A stretch of 63,801 nucleotides of DNA, counting the filler, from Stramenopiles sp. TOSAG23-6 (lineage: Eukaryota), in NCBI GenBank assembly GCA_900128565.1. It is 10 parts of 10 records of this genome, joined end to end, with 100 filler letters (N's around TTAATTAATTAA, not from the genome) between each part and the next. Parts side by side here need not be neighbours in the genome. Positions count along the whole stretch, not along the records: positions 9,742 to 19,358 come from LT636362.1; positions 19,459 to 29,055 come from LT636363.1; 8 more parts are not named here. The stretch is one strand, 5' to 3'. Made by a program: the position numbers and the translations under genes. This document shows, in pieces, positions 9,831 through 21,233 of the stretch. Position 1 is the first letter of the stretch. Each line of letters opens with the position of its first letter. The notes under the pieces are model-generated. The model saw only the letters and a program-made list of their open reading frames with translations. It was not told the origin of the DNA and made no database searches.

Positions 9831-11420
9831 GTGCAACATCCCTCAATAAGTCTGCGTTCTGAGTAAAGTTAGAAAGTAGCATGCGTACACGAGCAAAATA
9901 TTCAGTAGATGTTCCATGTATTTTAGAAAAATATTTCAAAAAAAAAAAAATTTTTTTTGGTTTAGGTACAAAATTTTTATAAAAACCAAAAAAAAAAACT
10001 TTCGATTTTTTTTTTTCGGTAAAAAAAAAAAAAAAGTAAAACATACATCATAACGATTAAATATCGCTTTTTCGATCTGTTCTGATAAATATTGGTAATC
10101 ATCTGATTGTCCACCATTTAATTTCTTTTGAAACATTGCGCGTGCCTTCTCTCGACGAGCTTGTTGATCTGCACTGCCTGCTGGTCGGGAAGGTTGTACT
10201 ACTGCCTCTCGTTTTGCTTTTTTATTCGAACGATTATCATGACCATTTTCATTTTTTCTTTTTGTTTTTTGTTGTACAACAGGAGACTCTAAAACTTGCT
10301 CTTTCCAATATCCTCGGAGGGCTTTCGCCATTAATTTAACACTATGTATTTTATAAAAATATTTCAAAAAAAATTCTAAAAAATTTGTTAGGTACAAAAT
10401 TTCGTACAAAAAATAAATTCATACAAAAAAAAAATAATACATACATCATTACTGTGTTTTCTCAAGCTATTAACATGTGACATTACACCAGTCTGGGCCA
10501 AATCTTCAAGTGTAATACCTTGAGTCTTCCACATTTTCTTCATTGCTCGTTTCACTCCCTTTTCGTCACATGTATAGTGAAAAACACGAAATCACATAAA
10601 AAATCGTTAGGTACGACATTTCGTACGAAAACCAAAAAAAAAATTTAGTTAAAAAATTGAAAAAAAAATAAACCATACATGGCACACAAGAGGCAGCTGT
10701 TTTTAAAGCATCGCGTAGAGTAATGAGTTTTTGCCTTCTGTCTTTACTTTCAAGTTTTCTCTTTGCCTCTGCAGCTTCTGCTTCTGCTTTCTTGATTCGT
10801 TTTCGTTCCGCAGCTTTTTCTTGCCTACGTTTCTTTGCTTTCCTCTTATTTTCCGCGATTCTTTTTTTTCGAATATGTATTTTTCAAAAATATTTCAAAA
10901 TTTTTTTACCAAAAAAAAAAAAAATGTTAGGTATACATTTTTCAAAAAAAAAAATAAATTCAATTTCAAATTTAAATTTAAATTTAAATTTAAATTTAAA
11001 AAAATAAAACATACATATTCCTCTTCAGAGTCACTTGACGAAGAACTAGAACTACTTGAACTACTCGATGTATTTTGAAAAAATATTTCAAAAAAAATCT
11101 AAAATTTGTTAGGTACAAAATTTCGTACGAAAAAATAAATAAATTCGAAATTGAAAAAAAATAAAAAAAAATCCAAAATTTGTTAGGTACAAAATTTCGT
11201 ACGAAAAAAAAAATTCAATTTCAAATTTAAAAAAAAAAGCAAAACGTACATGAACTTGAACTACTCGATGAAGAACTTGAATCAGATCTTGGTCGTTTCA
11301 ATGTTTTCTTTTGACCATCATCCATTGGCATATTCGAACTACTCTTTTTCAAATTATTATTTGAAGCATCAAAATCAGAATCATTTTTATCATTTTCATC
11401 ATCGGAAGATTTTTCATTTA
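9831..11420 (-). CDS. TFIIS-like protein (Ser/acidic region, coiled coil, TFIIS N-terminal and TFIIS central domains); partial, at least 6 family introns
   Basis: Removing GT..AT elements 11249-11068, 11014-10875, 10678-10570, 10444-10344 and 10046-9916 gives ITLEDLAQTGVMSHVNSLRKHSND|SVKLMAKALRGYWKEQV and IEKAIFNRYD|GTSTEYFARVRMLLSNF. Confidence 0.75.
10344..10444 (-). mobile_element. GT-AT introner-like intron, 101 nt
   Basis: aat gat|GTATGT...aaaatacAT|agt gtt aaa; inside the TFIIS N-terminal domain; the adjacent AG would frameshift. Confidence 0.85.
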
Positions 11421-11509
11421 TTTCAAAAAAAATCTAAAAAAAATTGTTAGGTACAAAATTTCGTACGAAAAAAAATCGATTTTTTTGTTTAAAAAAAAAT
11501 AAAACATAC

Positions 11510-12596
11510 ATTGCTCAAACTTCGCCAAATCAATATTTGTCATGTTATTTGGTACAACGTCACTATTGGAAGACCCTCGTACTGAATCTGGAAAATTCAC
11601 GAGGTATTTCATTTCATTATTGCTACCCATTGAATTCGTCTCCCATTGCTCAAACTTTGGCGAATCAGTATTTGTTGTGTTATATGATACTAAATCACTG
11701 TGAGACAATCGTATTGATGGCCTTGGATTTGAATTAGAATTCTTTTGATGTGGAAAAGACAAACTACTCTTCCTACGTAATGGATAATTCAAGCTGAATA
11801 GAGAACTCCGTTTCCAAGTATTTGATTTAGGCGACGGACTTCTATTATGAATATGAACAGAATTTCGCGCAACTGCTTTAGTTTGGAAAGCACTACTAGG
11901 GGCAAGAGAATTTCGTGTCATTGTGTTATTTGGCCAATTGGTAAGAGTTAGAGAATTATTTCGCGAACCTTTCGTAGGTGAAGTATTAGCATTTGGGAAA
12001 TCAATGACAAGAGAATTTCGCGAAAATACAGCCGGTTTTCCAGGGATACTTGTACGCAAACTAAAAAGAGAGCCTCGACTATTATTAATGGGAGCAGCTA
12101 AATTACCATATAAACTGTGACGGTAAGAGACGTCTCCTAAAGTACCTTGAAAGTTCATATCAGAAGTTGATATTTTTGACCCCCGACGCACTGCCAAGTA
12201 ATCACTCAGAGACAGTCGTTTAGAACTACTGTGTTTTGCCCTTTTACTTTGAAATTGAGTGCGAGGACGCTTTGTAGTCTGTTTATTACTTTGGTTTGGA
12301 TCAATTTGTCTACTTTTACAACGCTTGGACTCGTGGGCATTAATACACCGAATAGTTTTATACCATTGCTTTTTTAAACGTGCATCGATTGGTGGTTTAA
12401 TTTTACCACCTACTACCCGAGCAGGTGCGCGATAAGTAACACCACAACCATACACACAGTTCACAAAGAACTCCCCGGGACTACCCGGAACGGGGTCAAA
12501 TTTGCGTTGTCTTTTCTTTCGAGCTCCAACGATAATATTTGACTTGGATAGCGACCTTTTATTTGAATGTGCGACACCTGGGTTAGGCTTTTCCAT
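11510..12596 (-). CDS. Putative zinc-binding (C-x3-C...H-x4-C) protein with Ser/Asn-rich tail; 3' end unresolved
   Basis: FFVNCVYGCGVTYRAP...WYKTIRCINAHESKRC; frame ends at a family 5' splice site (caa t|gtatgt) at 11509. Confidence 0.6.
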
Positions 12597-13111
12597 GATT
12601 TGTTACCAAGGAGAACACTGTAAATTGAATCTTGAATGGTGAATATCTACCCTGAATTCATTTGGGACTCGACAAGGTTTATTGGGAGCGCTACTCTGAT
12701 CTTATTACTAGTTGAACGTATAGAACTTCGTTTGCGGAGTTGTAAAAAACGTTATTGGAATTTGGAAAGATATCGATATATCGCTACTACACGAAATCTG
12801 GTCGGCTCTTTTTACACCCAGTGCGCTTCATTTGATTGGACGGACGGCCGCACACTTTAAAGGTCCACACCTGCGTCAACTCTGTCCTCTCCTTCGATAC
12901 GTAAAGTTTTGCTCCCCGTTGAAATCTAGAAACAGAAACGCCTAGCGCTGGATACACCTAGTATTGACAATTGCAGTATGGTTATTTGCTCCAGTATAGC
13001 TGTATTCCGATATATGTATTAGCCGAAGATCGAATCACTTCGAAGAAAGATTCTAGCTATTGATATAGAAGGTTAATTCGAAGTTTTTGCATACGCAGGA
13101 ACAAAGGTGAA

Positions 13112-14059
13112 ATGGTTCAAACCGATAAAACGCTGAAGCCTATAAATGGAACATATAAGCCAGTTAAAAAGAAGTCAAAGAGAGAAGGGCGTGGGATGGC
13201 TAAAGACCGTACCTTTGTTCAAATTCCAAATTCTAATGAAGTGTACATCCACTGTGTTAATGGCTGCGGAGTGAAGTATAGGGTTCCCGCAATACGTGTT
13301 GGTTCGGAAAGTGAAGGTTACGTGTATAAAGCTGCGGCAGAAGAATCCGAGAAGTTACAGTGGCGTACAATACTCCGCCGTTTGAACGGACATGAAACTC
13401 AACGTTGTAAATTGCGTGATAAAAGTAAAGACAAAGGAACGCGTCATCGGAATAAAAACAAGAGAACTCAACTTAGACAAGATAAAGAGACGTCTTCGAA
13501 GTTAAAGAAACGAGGCTGTACACATCTTGCTCCTTCAAATATCGTAAGCGTTTTAGATTCTAGTGGTCTAACGATAAAGCGACCAAACCATAGTGCATCT
13601 TTTCCGCCTAACAAACGATTGCGAATGAACCAGCCCAGAGGAAGCTGGCAGAACAATATGAATAGTTTATCTACTAGTATGTTTAACAACGCGGGCTGCT
13701 TTATCCCAGTCGCTAATAACATCGAATTGAAGACACAGGTACCGAGCTCTTCACTTTCAAGCGCTGCTCAGCAACTGATATATATGTCTTCGAACCCAAT
13801 TAATAACTACAATCCTCCTCAAAATGTTTATGGAAACTCACACGCCGTTTCTCAAGTATTAACGCAAAGTATGAGAAATGGACAAGTGAGATCAAATAAC
13901 TTTAACAATAAGATTCTAACAAATCATTTAAATCTACCATCTGTGTCAAATCCACAAATTATGAAAAACGAAAGTTATTTGGCATTGCAAAGATTTATTG
14001 ACTCTGCTAGCGTTCCTTCTCCTCAATTTTCTTGCTACAATACTATGCTTAAAAAATAA
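13112..14059 (+). CDS. Paralogue of 11510-12596: C-x3-C...H-x4-C domain, basic linker, Asn/Ser/Gln-rich tail
   Basis: YIHCVNGCGVKYRVP...WRTILRRLNGHETQRC; 315-aa intronless ORF. Confidence 0.65.
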   Translation: MVQTDKTLKPINGTYKPVKKKSKREGRGMAKDRTFVQIPNSNEVYIHCVNGCGVKYRVPAIRVGSESEGYVYKAAAEESEKLQWRTILRRLNGHETQRCKLRDKSKDKGTRHRNKNKRTQLRQDKETSSKLKKRGCTHLAPSNIVSVLDSSGLTIKRPNHSASFPPNKRLRMNQPRGSWQNNMNSLSTSMFNNAGCFIPVANNIELKTQVPSSSLSSAAQQLIYMSSNPINNYNPPQNVYGNSHAVSQVLTQSMRNGQVRSNNFNNKILTNHLNLPSVSNPQIMKNESYLALQRFIDSASVPSPQFSCYNTMLKK

Positions 14060-14209
14060 GGAAATACCAAATCCCCTTTCACAAAAGATGAACGTAGACG
14101 AGGATTTGATTGTAATTTTAAAAAACGTCGAATCGGATAGTTTCTTTTTCTTTTGCATTATAAAATTTTAATCATAGTAAATTAAAATTTATAATAACAA
14201 ATACACCAT

Positions 14210-14713
14210 TTAATAATTAGAAACGTTCCCTCCAATTGTCCTCATAGCACCAGATCCATCTGCAATGTCTAGAGTAATTTTATTAGATTCTCCCTGAAAT
14301 GTTTTTCGTAGGTGAGAGTCTAATGTTGCTGGTGGGTTCATTTTTTTCCTTTCTACGCTGTTATTCTCTCCCGAGAAACGTTTGTTATAGTAGAGCCGAT
14401 TAGTTGTAATATTTTCTGCTGCTTGGGGATTCAATTTTTCCCTTTCTTTGCTGGGCTTCTTTAGAGTCGTTTCTGTGTGATTCTTTGGAGTCTTTTCTTC
14501 AGCAGATCCTTGGGATGTATCTGATACGTCATCATTAGCAGATTCGCGAGACTTATCTGCATCTTTAGCATCGTTTTCGGGTTTATCTCCAAGTGTTTTA
14601 GCGACCTCATCGGCGGCTTTCTTTGCAAGAACTTTTCCCTGATTAGTGACATGATCAACAACCAGATAATTTCTGCAATACATTAACTTTTGTAAAAATG
14701 AATTACTAATCAT
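14210..14713 (-). CDS. Hypothetical hydrophilic protein or 3' exon
   Basis: 167-aa ORF with protein-like composition, no recognised motif; start uncertain. Confidence 0.35.
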   Translation of the reverse strand: MISNSFLQKLMYCRNYLVVDHVTNQGKVLAKKAADEVAKTLGDKPENDAKDADKSRESANDDVSDTSQGSAEEKTPKNHTETTLKKPSKEREKLNPQAAENITTNRLYYNKRFSGENNSVERKKMNPPATLDSHLRKTFQGESNKITLDIADGSGAMRTIGGNVSNY

Positions 14714-14739
14714 ATAGTGCTGTTTCTATTGTACGATCT

Positions 14740-16980
14740 TCGATAATAATACAAAATATTTTTTCTCGACTTTGCCAATGTCATGATTGTGGTATACCAA
14801 CTTTGTTATAAATAAATTAACAGTGATATTATGACAAAATAAATCATTATATATATTGTGCAAGGAATTCCAAATACACAGCTTCGTGAATTTTTTCTTC
14901 CGCCACTAGATTATTTATACAATACGATAACTATGCTGAAAATAAATAAACAAGGGTTTTATTTTATTATCATGGTACCTTTTTTATTAATACGAAATAC
15001 TGCACATGATGTTTGTAATATGTCAATATTGTTACAGATAAGTAAAAATAATTCTTGACAAAGGTTGCTTTACTATATACTCACGTGAGATAAATACGAA
15101 ATATTTGATGTCATGATTGTGATATACCAACTTTATCATAAATAAATTAGCATTGCTATTGAGAGAAAATACTTAATCAAAGATATTGGTGAGAGAGTTA
15201 CGAAATATCCCATATAATTTATGCAATACATTAATTATGCTGAAAATAAATAAACAATAGTTTTATTTTATTATCATGGTACCTTTTTTATTAATACGAA
15301 ATACTTGACATGATGTTTGTACTATGTCAATGTTGTTACAGATAAGTAAAAATAATACTTAACAAAGGTTGCTTTACTATATACTCACATGAGGTAAATA
15401 CGAAATATGTAATGTCATAATTGAGATATTCCAACTTTCTTATAAATAAGTTAACATTGCTATTATGAGAAAATATTTTATTATAGATATTGGTGAGAGA
15501 GTTACGAAATATGCAATACGATATACTGAATATCTCAAAAATGTTACAATTGAATACACAGTAATAATATAAATAGAATACACTATGAAAGTATTGTCCT
15601 CGTAATAAATATCAATTACAGAATATAATTTATGCTATACATTAACTATGGTGAAAATAAATAAACAATGGTTTTATTTTATTATCGTGGTATCTTTGCT
15701 AATAATACGAAATACTTCACATGATGTTTGTAATATGTCAATATTGTTACAGATAAGTAAAAATAATACTTAACAAAGGTTGCTTTACTATATACTCACA
15801 TGAGGTAAATACGAAATATGTAATGTCATAATTGAGATATTCCAACTTTCTTATAAATAAGTTAACATTGCTATTATGAGAAAATATTTTATTATAGATA
15901 TTGGTGAGAGAGTTACGAAATATGCAATACGATATACTGAATATCTCAAAAATGTTACAATTGAATACACAGTAATAATATAAATAGAATACACTATGAA
16001 AGTATTGTCCTCATAATAAATATCAATTACACCATACAATTTATGTTATACATTAACTATGGTGAAAATAAATAAACAATGATACTGCCGCATATCTCAT
16101 TGTCGTATTGTCTTTGTCACTAATACGAAGTACTTTATATATTGATTGTAATATAGAAACGTTGCTCCAAATGAGCAGATGGCAAAAACTATCGAATTAT
16201 GAAATTAGCAGAGATCGGTGTATAAAATACTTTAGTTAATGTTTTACATATATCAACAATGCTAGAAATGAATAAGCATACATTAAAAAAATACATTACT
16301 GTGGGATTGAGATTAATAGAAGACACGCCATTTGATATATGCAATAAATTAAAGTTGTCCAAAATAAATAAATAATAAACGTCGACGAAGTTGTTTTCTC
16401 ATCTGATCTCTGATAAAAACAAAATACTCTTTTTCTATATAATGATTGCGATATGTCAACTTTAATACAAATAAGTAAACTACGGTAATCTCCAATAATT
16501 TATCGCCGTAGTTTCTATGATAATAATAGCAAATGCACAAGCATATAAAGATTGTAATGCGTCAACTTTGATACAAATAAGTAAACAGTCTTATCCTTCA
16601 TTGACTTATTACCATAGTTTTTATAATAATAATACAAAATACGGTACCACAATTTAAAGATTGCGATATGTCAAATTTGGTACGAATAAGTGAACGATGG
16701 TACTATCCAATACTTTGTTGACATAACTTCTATAGTAATAATATCTAATACAGGATATAACGATTGCGGTATGTCAACTTTGGTACAAATAAGTAAACAA
16801 CAGTATTGTGCAGTGACTTATTACCATAGTCTCTATATTGATAATAATAATAAATACTCTTTTATAGCCATACCTCCGAGAGAGAGCATATATTGATTGC
16901 GATGTGTAAACTTTGCTACAAATAAGTAAACTACGGTACTCTTCAATGATTTTTGCGATAATTTGTATAATAATACCAAG
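14740..16980. repeat. Degenerate ~105-bp satellite-like array with a ~411-bp higher-order duplication
   Basis: Recurring GATTG(C/T)RATATGTCAAC...AAATAAGTAAAC-like core at about 14783, 15008, 15113, 15310, 15417, 15721, 15828, 16443, 16550, 16659, 16762 and 16894; 15310-15720 nearly identical to 15721-16080. Confidence 0.75.
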
Positions 16981-17633
16981 TACAAACCAGCAGTTATTGG
17001 TGCATGGGTTTCCTTCAATGGGGTAGCTACTAGCAGTATAGTAAACAATGCTTTTATTCCTGCCATTTTTCTGTTATAATGTATTAAATAAAAGTAAAGA
17101 TTGCATGTGTGAGTCAAACCAATATAGCTTTTGAAGGGTTACTGATTCGTATGAGTAATGAACTTACCTTTATATCAAAGTTAAATTTTCAAGCTTCAAT
17201 TACGTACGTATACAAACAAAGATCCTCGCACAAAATTTTTTATTTTTGAAATTTTTGAAATTTTTGAAATTTTTTATTTTTGAAAATTTGAATTTTTTGA
17301 ACACGAAATCGAAATATTTAAATCGAAATGAAATCTAAATCAAATTGAAATCAAATCGGAAAAATTCCTAAACTTGAAAGTTGAGAGTTGATGAAAAAAT
17401 GTTGTTTCAAAAAAACGCCGCATATCCAAAAGATCAATTAGATCTCCACCAAAGTCTCTCGAGAGAGTCGAGACTATCATTTAAAATGACTTTAATTTAA
17501 TGGTCTTTTATTAGTTGTTGTTCAAGACATAGATGACGTAAACGATATTGTCAGTTCCCTTGGGAGAAATAGTATTTTTCTATGTGTATCCGCTGATAAT
17601 TAAAGTCTTTCAAACAATCATATTGTAATAATA

Positions 17634-19299
17634 ATGCAGCCAAAAAACACATCTCAAACACAACAAAAACGAACTTTATCTCGCCCAAAAGTCCATTGTT
17701 TCTGGCTCCCAAAGGAGACAAATATTACATCTGAAAATAGTTTACATATATATCGTTATCCAAGACGAGTTTTCGGTTCTCATAGCGCGGCATCTGTAAT
17801 TAATCGTATTCGCAACAATAAATTGAGAGCTGAAAATAAATCTTCAGTCTTTGACATAAAGTCCGAAAGTAAAGATAATGAAACAAATACATTGGAAACA
17901 TATAATATCAAAACACAAAATCAAAATAACGACATAAAAATGAACAATTTATCAATACGTCGATTGAATTGGTTTTCTTCTCGATCTTCTACGAAATTTG
18001 GTACAAATCTTTTGAAAACGTCTACTTTTCATAACCAAGAAAATATAGTAAATAGCACAAGTACTGAAAGTGAATTAGATCAACGCAACAAAGTTGATAG
18101 TGTTGTGTTCAAACAACTTTATTCTAAAAGCAGCACGGTTCTTGTCGATCTCATCAACTCATTCATACAGTATAAAAATGAATTTAAAAAAATGACAATT
18201 AGTGAAAATTCTGTACTATATGAAAATAAAGCTGAAAATTTTCAACAGACTAAAATCTCTCAAAAAAGTAGTGCTACCGTATTGTTTTCGGGTTATTTAA
18301 AAAAGCAAAGCCGGGGAGATAATCAATGGCATCGCATACTGTATGTTTTATTTTTTTTTCAATTTTGAATTTATTTTTTTCGTACAAAATTTTGTACCTA
18401 ACAATTTTTTTTTGAAATATTTTTCCAAAATACATTTCTGCAACAAATCATCGACGAATACTTCGAACATTTGAAAAACGTTATTTTGAACTAACAAAAA
18501 ATTATCTTTTTTTTTGGAAAAATGAAAAAAAAAAAAATAAACCTGAAATAATATCACTTGAGCTTGGTGTATGTTTTATTTTTTTTTCAAATTCGATTTT
18601 TTTTTCGTACGAAATTTCGTACCTAACAATTTTTTTAGATTTTTTTTTAAATATTTTTCCAAAATACATGCAAGTATCTCCGAGACTTTGGTCCATCACC
18701 ATTTCTTTTTAAAACGTAACGCAGAAAAATTTAGTTTCTTGTTGCATTCACCGCCTGTAGTGAATACTACGAACGGTCAAATTACAACAAAAACTTTATA
18801 CTTGGTTTGTTTATTTTTTTAAATTTCGAATTTATTTTTTTTTTTCATAGGAAATTTTGTACCTAACAAATTTTACAATTTTTTTTTTTTTTCACAATTT
18901 ATGTTTGTCCTTCACAAAAAGATAAAATGAATTGGAAGAAAAATATTTCAAATGTAATAACGTCTTTTCGTGTCAGAAATTCACAAGCCAATAGATCAAA
19001 TAAAACTGAAATGAATGGTACTTTAAATAGTGAAATAATCCCAAAAGTATTTATTGAATGGCTCATGTACGTTTTCAAAATTGAATGTTTTACCTATATA
19101 TTTTTTTCGTAGTACATTTTGTACCTAAGCATTTTTTTTTTTCGGTAAAAAAAATAAAAAATATTTCTTCACAATATATACAGAACATGCAAAAATCACT
19201 TCAAAGCTATTGTTCACTATGGAAAATTCAGATAGATGCTGATATTCTAACACAAGTCATTGATGGTATGAAACGCCAGGTGTATAGAAGAGGAGATGT
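17634..19299 (+). CDS. PH-domain protein, probably followed by a cNMP-binding-like domain; partial, 5 family introns
   Basis: Introns 18341-18435, 18569-18669, 18805-18902 and 19067-19179 (all GT..AT) give FSGYLKKQSRG...FEKRYFELTKNYLFFWKNE...TLYLVCPSQKDKMNWKKNI; frame ends at YRRGDV before the element at 19300. Confidence 0.75.
18569..18669 (+). mobile_element. GT-AT introner-like intron, near-consensus copy, 101 nt
   Basis: ggt|GTATGTTTT...ttcgtacgaaatttcgtacctaac...ttccaaaatacAT|gca agt; phase 0 in the PH domain. Confidence 0.85.
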
Positions 19300-19484
19300 G
19301 TACGTTTTCATTTCAATTTCGAATTTATTTTTTTTTTCGTACGAAATTTTGTACCTAANNNNNNNNNNNNNNNNNNNNNNNNNNNNNNNNNNNNNNNNNN
19401 NNTTAATTAATTAANNNNNNNNNNNNNNNNNNNNNNNNNNNNNNNNNNNNNNNNNNNNTTTTGAAATATTTTTCCAAAATACAT

Positions 19485-20923
19485 GGAGGCTCAAATGGAC
19501 TATGCTGACGATAAAATTAATTCTATTGAGAATGATATTGCACTAGGCATGTACGTTGTTTCATCATGATTTTTTTTTTTTTATGTTTTTGATCTGCATT
19601 TGCATGGCTTTTTTTTTTTTTTTACTATGAATTTTTTTTCGCACGAAATTTTGTACTTAAATAAAAAAGGTTTTTTTTTCACAATATATGAGCCATTCTG
19701 ATGAAATGTTTGCTACATTGGAATCTGCGTCAGAGGAAGACGTTCAACTTCTATCAAAACAATTATTTACTATGGTTGTGGAGAAAGCTGGAAATGAAAG
19801 GAAATTGAAAGCATTAATGGAACAAGAACGAATTATTGCAGATGAAAAAGAACAAGAATTGCAATTTTTAAGGGAAAGTTTACGAAGAATGCAAATTTGT
19901 CATGAAGGACAAATTCTTAATCTACAACGGTCGCTATCGGGTGCGAAATCGCAAATACTAAAATCTCAAGGCACAACACCATATAAACAACTTCATTGTC
20001 GTTTGTCTGTGTTATTAAAACAACAAAAAGAACAAGAACTGATGGATAAGACGATCGATGCCGGAGAGAGAGTTGCTAAATCATTAAAATTTGATGGGAT
20101 AAATGAAAGTGTAATATCGTCAAACGTATCAATTCTCGACGATACAAAATTACAAACTTCAGCATCACAAGTAGATACAGTGCGAAAATTGGATAAGAAG
20201 CAAAGTATGCGTGGATCTTCAATGCATCCACCACCTCCACCACCCCTGCCATTACCAATCACACAAAAAAAACACGAAATGAAACAGTCATCTCTNTATC
20301 CGATGGAACCACCAATGTTACCCTATTCATTGATGGATCAACAAAAGGGAAATATGCCTGTGAAACCGCACGCATTTTCGCGTGTATTAAGTAATGGAAA
20401 TACAAAATCTTCAAAGAATAAAAGATTTGTAGCAAAACCAAATTTACGAGAGGATTTCCGCCGACTGAGCTTAGATGGAGGACATAAAATATCCTCATTG
20501 AATTCGACGGACGATCTTCCTCCCAGGTCACTGACTCCACCAGCTCCTAGCACAGTGAAAAAAGTGAGGCATCATTCTTGTCTTAGAGGTAAACGACATG
20601 TAAATAGTATTCAGAAGAATATATTTGGAGATAAAGAAAATATTCATAAAAATACAAAAAACAAAAAAAAACATCAAGTCGAATTTGATGTAACAACCGA
20701 CACGAATATTCCTGGTATCAAAGAAATCAATTCATATCAACACAAGCATATTAAGCAAATGCTTGTCATTCAACAAAAACGCTTGAATGAGCAAGTGAAG
20801 AACAGTCGTAGAGCTAGAATGACTCAAAGATTGGTTCGAAGGCAGAATAAGAAATTAGTCAACGGGAAATCAAAAGGAGGTGCAAAATTAGTCAACGGGA
20901 AATCAAAAGGAGGTGCAACTTAG
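19485..20923 (+). CDS. Coiled-coil and Pro-rich protein, 3' part; GT-AT intron 19551-19689
   Basis: ggc at|GTACGT...cacaatatAT|g agc joins into ORF 19688-20923; 33-nt duplication at the C-terminus (KLVNGKSKGGA x2). Confidence 0.55.
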
Positions 20924-21233
20924 CCTCAAGTATTTTTTATGATCTCTAGACAAATATTTAGAATGATACTATCTATAAACTATAATAATTACCATAAGTA
21001 AGTAATACATTGTATTTCGAATATAAATGATTTTAAGAATTTCAATATTACATGATGTTTATTTTTTTAAATAAATGTTCATTGTATTAAAAAAAATCAA
21101 TAAAGAATTCTGAACCGCTATATCCTTCAAACCATTGAGAAGGGACAAAAGACTAAAATACTACATATTTGACCACACTGTGACCACACTAGCAAACAAT
21201 TCAATTTAAAACCAACAAAAGGATGCTACAAAT

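Noticed and set aside
16440-16930. CRISPR-like repeat-spacer array
   Set aside because: The repeats are degenerate, the spacers resemble one another, the context is eukaryotic and no cas genes are present.
18630-18642. TTAG shortly after the branch motif as the true canonical acceptor
   Set aside because: It is absent in several copies (both RCC1 introns) and would add variable-length poly-T sequence that disrupts conserved domains.
18571-18822. Recurrent ORF peptides such as SYEILYLT, VRNFVP, LKYFSKIH and LGTKFRTKK as a protein repeat family
   Set aside because: They are translations of the intron consensus in various frames.
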